NCBI GenBank assembly: GCA_963835575.1
Contig: CAWIGG010000004.1
Location: 288,001-352,000, forward strand
Direction: 5' to 3'
DNA length: 64,000 bases
Origin: an uncultured Spirochaetota bacterium
GTDB taxonomy: Bacteria > Spirochaetota > Brevinematia > Brevinematales > JAOACQ01
Below the pieces are notes generated by a model. The model searched no databases, was not told where the DNA came from, and worked only from the letters and a program-made list of their open reading frames with translations. Below, one piece after another: positions 31,889 to 40,882 of this stretch (positions are counted from its first letter, which is position 1; every line of letters starts with the position of its first letter). The position numbers and the translations under genes are program-made.

Positions 31889-33090
31889 AGACTGCCTCCT
31901 TCCTTTTCCTTATTCTTTTTCATTCCGCCCGCGCTTAAAAGCCTGCCCCAGGCGTTCATAACACTTGTTTCAGGCTGAAAGAACTGCTGTGCTATCAGCG
32001 TCGGTATGACCGCGCTGAGAATGACCACGGTCACAAGTATGGTGTATTGATTCTGATCGATAATATGGTTATTCAGGCCGAACAGGGCGGAAATGGTCCC
32101 GAAAGTGAGCCCGGTGGACATCAGCAGGGTTGTGTAGTTCGCTTCCTTCGGGCGCATTTTGAACATTCTGGCCGACGGCCAGACGCCTATCGCTTTTGTA
32201 AAAACTTTCAATAATAGCAAAACCGCGATAACGGCCAATGAAGCCCAAACGGCGGGAAGCGAGACAAAAAGCCCCGCTTTCATAAAATAAAACGGCGTAA
32301 ATATGGTAAACGCGATTGTCCGCATTCTGGCAACCAGCGTTTTATCCCTTAAAAATACTCCCGCCACAACAAGCCCGACGAGATAGGCCGGAAGCACCGC
32401 CTCGCTTTTCGCCGTCGTCGCGAGGCCGCCGAGGAAAAACAGGATCAGGAAAATAAATTTCACTTCCGGTTCGCTGACCCTTTTCGCTCCCAATTTTCCA
32501 ATGATATATTGCGTCAATTTCGGCATGAACCATAATACTATTACAAGAACGACGGCAAAAACCAGAAGCCAGATGTTGAAATCGGCGAATAAAATACCTA
32601 AAGCCAGAACGGTCCCAAAGTCCGTTATAAAACAGGCGGCGAGAAGCATCTTTCCCATAGCCGTTTCGGAAAGCCCCTTTTCGATCATCACGGCGTAAAT
32701 CACCGCGACGGAAGTCGTTGACAGGGCTATTCCAGCGATCTGCGCCTGATGAAGCCCCCATCCCAATACAAATTGGGCGAACAGCCATACCGCCCCGAAC
32801 GGGACAGCGAACAACAGAACGCCTATTATGAAACTGACCTTAAAATTTGTCTTGAGCGATTGCGGGTCGATTTCCGCGCCCGCCAGAAAAGTCAGAACGC
32901 CGCTTCCCAGCATCGCCAGAAAATCGATCCATTGGGTCGTCCCATGGATACCGAGAAAATTGCCCGCGAAAACCCCTACGAATATTTCAACAAGGGCGAC
33001 GGATATTCCTATCCTTATTGATATCAAACTGGCGGCAAACGCGAGCCCCATCCACACCGCCGCCGTAAGCCACACATTGTCAAAGAGCAT
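31885..33090 (-). CDS. Cation:proton antiporter (CPA2/KefB-like)
   Basis: About 12 TMs, 'FLAGAEID', 'LSTTSVAV', 'ITDFGT', 'PFYFMKAG'. Confidence 0.9.
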   Translation of the reverse strand: MLFDNVWLTAAVWMGLAFAASLISIRIGISVALVEIFVGVFAGNFLGIHGTTQWIDFLAMLGSGVLTFLAGAEIDPQSLKTNFKVSFIIGVLLFAVPFGAVWLFAQFVLGWGLHQAQIAGIALSTTSVAVIYAVMIEKGLSETAMGKMLLAACFITDFGTVLALGILFADFNIWLLVFAVVLVIVLWFMPKLTQYIIGKLGAKRVSEPEVKFIFLILFFLGGLATTAKSEAVLPAYLVGLVVAGVFLRDKTLVARMRTIAFTIFTPFYFMKAGLFVSLPAVWASLAVIAVLLLLKVFTKAIGVWPSARMFKMRPKEANYTTLLMSTGLTFGTISALFGLNNHIIDQNQYTILVTVVILSAVIPTLIAQQFFQPETSVMNAWGRLLSAGGMKKNKEKEGGSL

Positions 33091-33113
33091 TATCTTCCTC
33101 CATATCTAAATAA

Positions 33114-33764
33114 CTAATATTTCATCCCTTCATAACCGGAAAACATCCGCACCGCTTTTTGATAGATGAGCTGTTCCTCATAGGTCAGGTCCGGCCTGCC
33201 GCCGCCCAAAGAATAATTCCTGAAATCAATGAAATTCTTCAGTTTTGAGAATATCTCCTCAAATATTGAGATTTGAAAGGATTTGATCCATTCCGGCGGG
33301 CGGTTTTTGTATTTTTTAATGAGTTTAAGATAGTGAGGAACGCAGAGGCCATGGGAATTGAGAAAGGATCCCTTAAACTCTTCTTCGATCATGAAATCTT
33401 TAAGGGACGAAATGTACATATTCTCCGATGACCGCGCGAAATCGCATGCCTGGCAATCCTTTGTCTGCGTCAATCCTGGATTCGCCGGGCTGATTGATTT
33501 CATTTCATCCAGTTTATCCATTGAAAGATAATAGTAAAGGCTTGCAGAGGCCATCGCGTTTTTATAGCCGAGAAATTTATACGAATGGAAATTACAGAAG
33601 CCTTTATTTTCCCGGAATTTCCCGATAAACCCGAAATCATTAACACCTTCGTATAATAGATCATCAAAGTATTTTTCCATTGCTCCGGATAAATAAAAAC
33701 ACGCAGGACATTCGTCTGCTTGAAAGGAATCCATTATTTTATAATAGAAGGTATGTTTTTCCAT
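33114..33764 (-). CDS. DUF6062-like protein with duplicated CxxC...CxxH metal-binding motifs
   Basis: CPAC...GFCNFH and CQAC...GLCVPH. Confidence 0.7.
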   Translation of the reverse strand: MEKHTFYYKIMDSFQADECPACFYLSGAMEKYFDDLLYEGVNDFGFIGKFRENKGFCNFHSYKFLGYKNAMASASLYYYLSMDKLDEMKSISPANPGLTQTKDCQACDFARSSENMYISSLKDFMIEEEFKGSFLNSHGLCVPHYLKLIKKYKNRPPEWIKSFQISIFEEIFSKLKNFIDFRNYSLGGGRPDLTYEEQLIYQKAVRMFSGYEGMKY

Positions 33765-33789
33765 CGCTCCTCCTGCCTGAAGAAATTTC

Positions 33790-33845
33790 CCGCAGGAGTT
33801 ATCAGCCTTTGAGGCGGTTAGAGGTGAACTCCATCACCCTTTGTT
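33790..33845 (-). ncRNA. Fluoride riboswitch (crcB motif)
   Basis: Minus strand GGTGATGGAGTTCACC..AACCGC..GCTGATAACTCCT matches the crcB consensus including the GGAG/CTCC pseudoknot. Confidence 0.93.
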
Positions 33846-36800
33846 TTTGAAGTGAATTACTTTATAAATAAATTATAATAAGATCCCGGGCTCCCGTCAA
33901 GTTTTAAAAAACGTAAAATTATAATTCATTGAATTTATTTTCAAAATATTTGAGTTTTAATTTATGATGGAATATTCTATAAGAAGGAAATACAAATAAT
34001 TACAGGAATCGTTGATGAACCCGTTAACTTTATTCCATCCCCTCATTAAAAAATGGTTCGGTGAAAAGATCGGAACGCCCACGGAAATCCAGTCCAGGTC
34101 ATGGCCTTTGATCGCCGATGGGCGGCATGTCCTGATGACCGCGCCGACCGGAACAGGAAAAACACTGGCCGCTTTTCTCTGGGCTTTAGACCGGCTCCTC
34201 ACCGGGAAATGGGAACCTGGTAAAACCAGTGTTCTCTATATATCGCCGCTGAAAGCGCTCAATAACGACGTGCGGAAAAACCTCCTCAAACCGCTTGAGG
34301 AAATTAAATCTTATTTTAATTCGGAAGGGCTTAATTTTCCGGATATAAAAGTGTTCGTCAGGAGCGGAGACACGCCCCCGGATGAAAGGCGGAGAATGGT
34401 CAGCCGGCCGCCGGAAATCCTCATTACGACACCGGAAAGCCTGAATATCCTTCTGACATCAAAAAACAGCTTTACTCTCTTCGATGGTTTGAAGACGGTA
34501 ATCCTGGATGAAATCCATGCACTGGCCGGAAATAAAAGAGGCACTTACCTCATCTGCGCCGTGGAGCGGCTCACACGAATTGCCGGGGAATTCCAGCGCG
34601 TCGTCCTCTCAGCGACGGCAAAGCCTCTTCAGGTCATAGCTGATTGGGCCGGAAGCCAGAGAAAGATGGAGATCGCCGAATCGGCGCAGTCAAAGGAATA
34701 CGAAGTGTCCGTCACATTCCCGGCTGACGCAAGGGAAAAGATGATTGACGATTCATGGTGGCCGCCTTTGATCGACGAATTCAAGAAGAGGATCAAAAGC
34801 CGCCGTTCGACTTTGCTCTTTGCCAACAGCCGGAGATTGACTGAAAAAGTTGTCCGGCTGATCAATGAAAACGAGCCGGAGATCATAGCCTATTCACACC
34901 ATGGCTCCATCTCAAAGGAAATCCGCCTGGCTGTGGAGGACAGACTGAAAAAGGGCGAGCTTAAGGCGATCGTCGCCACAAATTCCCTCGAACTGGGGAT
35001 CGACATCGGCGAACTGGACCAGGTCATTCTCATCCAGACGCCCCGCTCGATTTCCTCCGCACTGCAGAGGGTCGGCCGCGCCGGGCACCAGGTCGGCGCC
35101 GTCAGCAGGGGCCTTCTTTTCCCGACGCATGGACGCGACTTCCTGGACGCGGCCGTGATGGCCAGAAGCGTCAGGGACTTCGAGATAGAGTCCATCAGGC
35201 CCGTCGAGTGCCCGCTCGACCTGCTGGCCCAGATCATCCTCTCCATGACGCTTGTCGAGGAATGGGACATCGACAAGCTCTACGGTTTTATCAGAACTTT
35301 TTATCCCTATAGAAACCTGCTGAAAAAGCATTATCTCCTTGTGCTTGATATGCTCTCCGGGCGGTATGCCGACAGCCGCATCAAGGAGCTCAGGCCGAGG
35401 ATTTCCGTCGATAAACTGGAAAACAAGGTCCGCGCCAGGGAAGGATCGGCCTACCTGATCTATCTTTCCGGCGGGACGATCCCCGACCGGGGCTATTATA
35501 ATATCCGGCTTCAGGACACCCATGCCAAAATCGGCGAGCTGGACGAGGAATTTGTCTGGGAAAGAAAGATCGGCGAATCATTTTCTCTAGGGACAAGCGT
35601 CTGGAGGATCCAGAAGATAACTCATAACGATGTGGAGGTCGTCCCGGTGGAATACGACCCGAATATCATTCCTTTCTGGAAAGCGGACGAGTTCGATAAG
35701 GATTTTTTCCTCTGTGAAAAGATAGCTCTTTTCCTGGAAAAGGCGGATGAATTAATAGAAGATGAAACGGTTTTTTTAAACAAACTGCGGACGGAATACT
35801 CCATGGACGAGGCCTCCTCAAAGGAGCTTTACTTCTTTTTAAAATTACAAAAAGACATGACGCGATCTTCACTTCCAAGCCGGCATCACCTTTTGATCGA
35901 GCATATCCTGACAAAGGCCCCCGGCGATAACAAGCAGGTCGTCCTTCACACCCTCTGGGGCGGCAGGGTGAACCACCCATTCGCGATGGCGCTCAGCGCC
36001 GCCTGGGATGAAAAATACGGCAACCCGCTGGAAGTCATGGTCAACGATGACTGTGTTTTATTGATGCTTCCGCATTCATTTGATGGAAAAGAAATTTTTG
36101 ATATCATCGGTCCAACGGACATCGAAACGCTTCTCCGGCGGAAGCTCGAAAACACAGGCTATTTCGGCGCCCGTTTCCGCGAGAACGCGGGCAGGGCGCT
36201 CCTCCTGCCGAAAGGCGATTTCCACAGCCGCGTCCCGCTCTGGCTGAACCGCCTCCGCTCCAAAAAGCTTATGGAAGCGGTCAAAAAGTATAATGATTTT
36301 CCCATCCTGCTTGAGACATGGCGCGAATGCCTTCAGGACGAGCTCGACCTGGCAAGCCTGAGAAAAGTCCTGGACGAGGTCCGGAACGGGATGATCCGGA
36401 TCAGTGAAACGGAGACACGGGAACCTTCCCCCTTCTGCGGCAGCATCATCTGGAAGCAGGAAAATACTTACACATATCTTGACGACACACCGGCACCCTC
36501 CGGAACATCAGCACTGTCGGGGGACCTTTTTAAGGATATCCTCCTTCAGTCCGGCCTTCGGCCCCGGCTTCCGGAAAAGCTCGTCTTGGAATTCGAACAG
36601 AAGCTGAAAAGGACAGCGCCGGACTATTCCCCGCAGAACGCTCAGGACCTCCTCGACTGGATCAAGGAAAGGCTTCTCATTCCCGAAGACGAATGGAACG
36701 AGCTCCTCACTGCCGCCGCTGGAAATGAGGAAAATATACATGATGGTTTGAAAAAACTTGAGAATAAAGTTTTTATGATCAAATCTCCTGAAACCGGCAG

Positions 36801-37781
36801 CGGACTCATTTTTGCCGCTGAAAACCTGTCGATTATTATAAATTTTTATGATGCCGCGCCGGAAGATTTAAGTCTATATGATCTGTCCGGCAGTCCGGTT
36901 AAAGAAAATGTCATAAACCGCCTGATAAAGCTTTCGGAAAAAATCAATTCCGAGTCCGCCCTTCTGGACGAAAACCGTTTTGTCCTGCAGTGGCTTTCCT
37001 ATTATTCCGCGATTGAGGCAGACATTATAAATAAAAAGCTCTTAATTGAAAAAAACCGCATCCAGGGAATAATCGGAATCCTTTCTGAATCGGAAGACGT
37101 GATCGCGGATTGCCTGATCGAAGGGGACAAAAATCTTTATATTTCAATTAAGGAAAATCTGGAGTCCATGCTCCGGATGCTCCGCCACAGCCGGCAAATC
37201 TCGTTCAAAGCCCTGCCCGTGGAGGCGCTCCAACTCTACCTGGCTTCATTTCAGAACGTCATCCGGAAAAACGATTCTAATGAAGGCCTCAAAATAAGCC
37301 TGGAAAAGCTCTTCGGCTATCCGCTGGAAGCCGACGCCTGGGAAGAGGCCGTATTTCCGGCAAGGCTCGCGCCGTATTATACATCCTGGCTTGACAGCCT
37401 CCTGCAGAACACGGGACTCGTCTGGTTCGGCTGTGGAAAAAAAAAGGTTTCCTTCGCTTTTCAGGAAGACCTCGAACTATTCGAGGATCAGTCCCGCCGT
37501 CCGGAAAGCATGACTAGTCTGGAAGAGGGAAAACGTTACAGTTTTTTTGATATAGCCGGACTGCTTGATCTCAATTCGGAAAAAGCCTCTGAAACAGTAT
37601 GGAACATGGCATGGAAAGGCGTCATCGGCAACGATTCCTTCGAGACAGTCAGAAAGGGAATTCAAAACAAATTTTCCGCCTTTAAAATACAGGATCAGAA
37701 GTCCCTCAGCCGCCGCTCCGGCCAGAGCCGCTGGGAATCCAGCCGGCCGATCCTGGGAAGCTGGTACGCTTTTACGACAGC

Positions 37782-39456
37782 TTGCCTGTCGGTTATTTCA
37801 TTTTCGGAGTCAAACCAGCCCCTTACAATAAGCGGGCAAATAAAAATTTTGTCAGCTTAGCTGATTTTAATAATAAATTTCGAATAATCGATACTCAGAC
37901 TATACAAAATCCTCTCTATTTTCTCAAATATTGGGCATATTTCATAAAATTATGCGCAAGGGATACCCAGCATAGCTCCAAATTCACTTTCCGTTGACCT
38001 CTGTAAACTGTCTGAACATAACCCTTCTGTGTTTTGATGTTTGAAAATACGTGTTCTTTACCTATCCTGCGGTTGTATATCTTTTGCCCTTCTTCGCTGT
38101 AAAGTTTTGTTAAATAAGCATCAATCTTAGACCGATTATTCAATTCAAACTCACTGAAAATTACTGTCTTTTGCTGTGTTTTCGGTTTGATGTTTTTATA
38201 ACACTCACTGAAAAATGGACATCTTTCACAGCCCTTCCGTGAATACAAAAATGTATATCTTTGGTTATTTCGATCTAAATACCCATTTTCCTTACGGCCG
38301 CCCCGGCATCCCAGGATATATTCGTCATCAATCTTTTCCAGTTTAAAGTCTCTTCGCTTCTGTGATTTATCACTGAAATCCCGCTCTTTCGTATCCACAT
38401 AAAGGTCTTTTCCTTCCTCCACCATCCGGATTGTCTCTTCCATGTCCTGAAAACCCGAATCAAAAAGGTATTTGCTAGCCTTATCAACTTTTAATTCCGC
38501 TTTTTTCTGTTCCACCCTCTTTACCATTTCTTCCGTATGCTGTTTTTCCGGTGTTGTGATTGCTTCAAAATCTATAATCACATCATTATTACTGACCATC
38601 ATCGCCGAATTATATCCCTGTATAAACACACTATGCGGATTTCCAGACATCAGCTTGCTTTCGGGATCAGTCAGGTTGGTGAATTCTTCGTCTGTCTTTT
38701 CCCCTCTCTCTACCTGTTTTTTGTATTCATCGATTTGGTTCAAAACACTATCGTAAATCTTTTTCCGCCTTGATACCCGCTTCTTCTCCGCTTCGTAATA
38801 AGGCTGCTCCAGCTTGCCTTCCCGGTAAGATTCTTCCAGTTCCAGGTCTTGTTTCACAATCTTTTCCGCCATCTTCTGGTAAGTGTCCATCAGCTTCCGG
38901 GTATGTTTCTTTCCCACATTCTTATTCTTACTCGCGTAGGCCTTGATCTTTGTGCCGTCACCCACTACCATGTCCCAATCTATAGACCCCATTTCGTTGA
39001 GTATATATAAAAGCTGGCTGAACAACTCCTCGATCTTTTCCTGAAAAAGTACCTTGAACTCGCAAATTACCGAATGGTCAATTTTCAGCCGGTTTGAAAC
39101 ATACATAAACCCAATGTGTTTTTTCAGCAAATCTTCTATCTTTCGGCTGATACGATTTCCCGTAATGTAACCGTAGAGTACCGCACAGATCACATCCCGA
39201 GGATTTTTAATCTCTCTGCCTCTATGGTCGTTCTTATAGTAAGCCGCGAAATCCTCCAGTTTAATACGGTTTTTGATGAATTCTTTTAGTATAAATTCTC
39301 TGGAATTCTCATCAAACTGCTCGCCTATATTGATCGCGAGGAACTCACCCTGCTCCAGGCTGTTCTTTTCAAATCTTGCCATCTTTTTCTCCCGTTTTAT
39401 TTTAACGGGAACCCTGCCGTATGTCCATGAAGCATGTTATAAAAACCGACAGGCAA
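37782..39456 (-). mobile_element. IS1182-family insertion sequence
   Basis: 13-bp perfect TIR ttgcctgtcggtt/aaccgacaggcaa; CAGC duplicated at 37778-37781 and 39457-39460. Confidence 0.9.
37916..39382 (-). CDS. DDE transposase, IS1182 family
   Basis: 'DGTKIKAYAS', 'NLTDPESKLM', 'QGYN', 'DSGF', CxxC..C insert, 'EHVFSNIK', 'AHN'. Confidence 0.9.
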   Translation of the reverse strand: MARFEKNSLEQGEFLAINIGEQFDENSREFILKEFIKNRIKLEDFAAYYKNDHRGREIKNPRDVICAVLYGYITGNRISRKIEDLLKKHIGFMYVSNRLKIDHSVICEFKVLFQEKIEELFSQLLYILNEMGSIDWDMVVGDGTKIKAYASKNKNVGKKHTRKLMDTYQKMAEKIVKQDLELEESYREGKLEQPYYEAEKKRVSRRKKIYDSVLNQIDEYKKQVERGEKTDEEFTNLTDPESKLMSGNPHSVFIQGYNSAMMVSNNDVIIDFEAITTPEKQHTEEMVKRVEQKKAELKVDKASKYLFDSGFQDMEETIRMVEEGKDLYVDTKERDFSDKSQKRRDFKLEKIDDEYILGCRGGRKENGYLDRNNQRYTFLYSRKGCERCPFFSECYKNIKPKTQQKTVIFSEFELNNRSKIDAYLTKLYSEEGQKIYNRRIGKEHVFSNIKTQKGYVQTVYRGQRKVNLELCWVSLAHNFMKYAQYLRK

Positions 39457-40171
39457 CAGCCGTAAAAGAAAGCGACCCGATAGAAGAAGTCGAGATGATA
39501 AAAAACCGCGCCCGCGTCCTATTCGACCGTTACGGCGTTCTTTTCAGGGAGCTCATCGCGAACAAACTGCCGGCCCTGCAGTGGGGCAGGCTCCTGAAGG
39601 TCCTCCGGCTGATGGAACTTTCCGGCGAGATCATCCCGGGCTACTTTTTCGAAGGCATACCCGGCCTCCAGTTCGCCTCCCATGAGGCCTTCCGCTTTCT
39701 CAATAAGGTGCTGCCGGAGGATTCCGTTTACTGGCTGTGCGCCGTCGACCCGGCGTCCCTCTGCGGCATCAAGCCGGAAGGATTGAGGCAGAAATTCCCT
39801 AGAAGGATTTCATCTAATTATATGGTTTTTCATGGAAGGGACCTGGTCCTGACAATCGAAAGGGACGGCAGGGCGCTCGAATTCACCGTTGAACCGGGCC
39901 TGCCTCAGATTCAGAAGTACCTGGAGGTATTCAAGACGCTCCTGACAAGGGAATTCAATCCCCTTTCTGCCGTCCGTGTGGAGAAGATCAACGGCATCGC
40001 TGCGGCGGAGAGTCCTTATAAAGAGGATTTGAAGAAGTTCGGGTTTCAGGCAAGCTATAAGGGACTGGAATTGTGGAAGTATTAGAATTATAAAAGATAA
40101 CTATAGTATTTAAACACTTTTGTTTTTTAACACGAAGAGCACGAAGATTATTAACGATTCATTGATTATCG

Positions 40172-40260
40172 GATTGAAAATTCTAACTAATGGCTCTTTT
40201 TTGTAATATCCAATTCCACACGGATGGGCGCGGATGAGGCGGATTCGCGCGGATTTTATT
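40172..40260 (+). repeat. Family B direct repeat, left of the TA cassette
   Basis: tcttttttgtaatatc..cacacggat..cgcggatgaggcggatt.gcgcggatttta; repeated at 40776-40866. Confidence 0.8.
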
Positions 40261-40352
40261 TTTTCATAGTCGGAAATTTATTTAATTAATTCGGTACTTA
40301 AAGTTATCTGACAAGACCAATATATAAACCACAAAACACAAGAGCACGGAGG

Positions 40353-40493
40353 CTTGATACAATATATTTTGATATTGTTACAGTTTTTGAATATAATATT
40401 ACTCCGGCGGACAGAAGATTACTCAGAAAGATAATATTCGGGAATTTCGATTACATCCTATCGGAATGGAATAAATTTAAAAGGGGGAAATAA
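40353..40493 (+). pseudogene. C-terminal remnant of a DUF4160-family toxin
   Basis: LDTIYFDIVTVFEYNITPADRRLLRKIIFGNFDYILSEWNKFKRGK*; no start codon; stop overlaps the DUF2442 ATG. Confidence 0.6.
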
Positions 40494-40756
40494 TGCGGGT
40501 ATATCATAAAATCGATAGAATTGATTTTGAGGGACCAAAAATGATGCTTATCGTTGATGGGAAAAAATACATTATCGATATTCTTAAACAATCCAGAAAA
40601 TTAGCCAAAGCCGATATAAAAACAAAAATGAACTTTCAAATATCTCCTTCCGGGTATGGAATACATTGGCCGGAAATCGATGAGGACCTTTCAATTGACG
40701 GGCTGATCGGGAATAAAGCAATAAAATCAAAAAAGCTCACGACTAAAATTTCTTAA
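40493..40756 (+). CDS. DUF2442-family putative antitoxin
   Basis: 'SPSGYGIHWPEIDEDLSIDGL'. Confidence 0.88.
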   Translation: MRVYHKIDRIDFEGPKMMLIVDGKKYIIDILKQSRKLAKADIKTKMNFQISPSGYGIHWPEIDEDLSIDGLIGNKAIKSKKLTTKIS

Positions 40757-40775
40757 TAAATTCTCATGTTGTTGA

Positions 40776-40866
40776 ATTGAATATTTAAATTCATGATTCT
40801 TTTTTGTAATATCTGATTGTTCACACGGATACGCGCGAATGAGGCGGATTTGCGCGGATTTTAATT
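40776..40866 (+). repeat. Family B direct repeat, right of the TA cassette
   Basis: Homologous to 40172-40260 and 20350-20396. Confidence 0.8.
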
Positions 40867-40882
40867 TGTATTTCATATTGTA

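Larger units (their letters stand above)
34015..40085 (+). pseudogene. lhr: Long-form Lhr helicase interrupted by an IS
   Basis: APTGTGKT, DEIH, SAT, HHGS, QRVGRAGH, GGTIPDRG; removing the IS and one TSD restores ...WYAFTTAVKESDP... in frame (about 1463 aa). Confidence 0.92.

Noticed and set aside
39273..39456. N-terminal part of the 270-aa ORF 39273-40085
   Set aside because: Derived from IS sequence; only the part after 39460 is lhr
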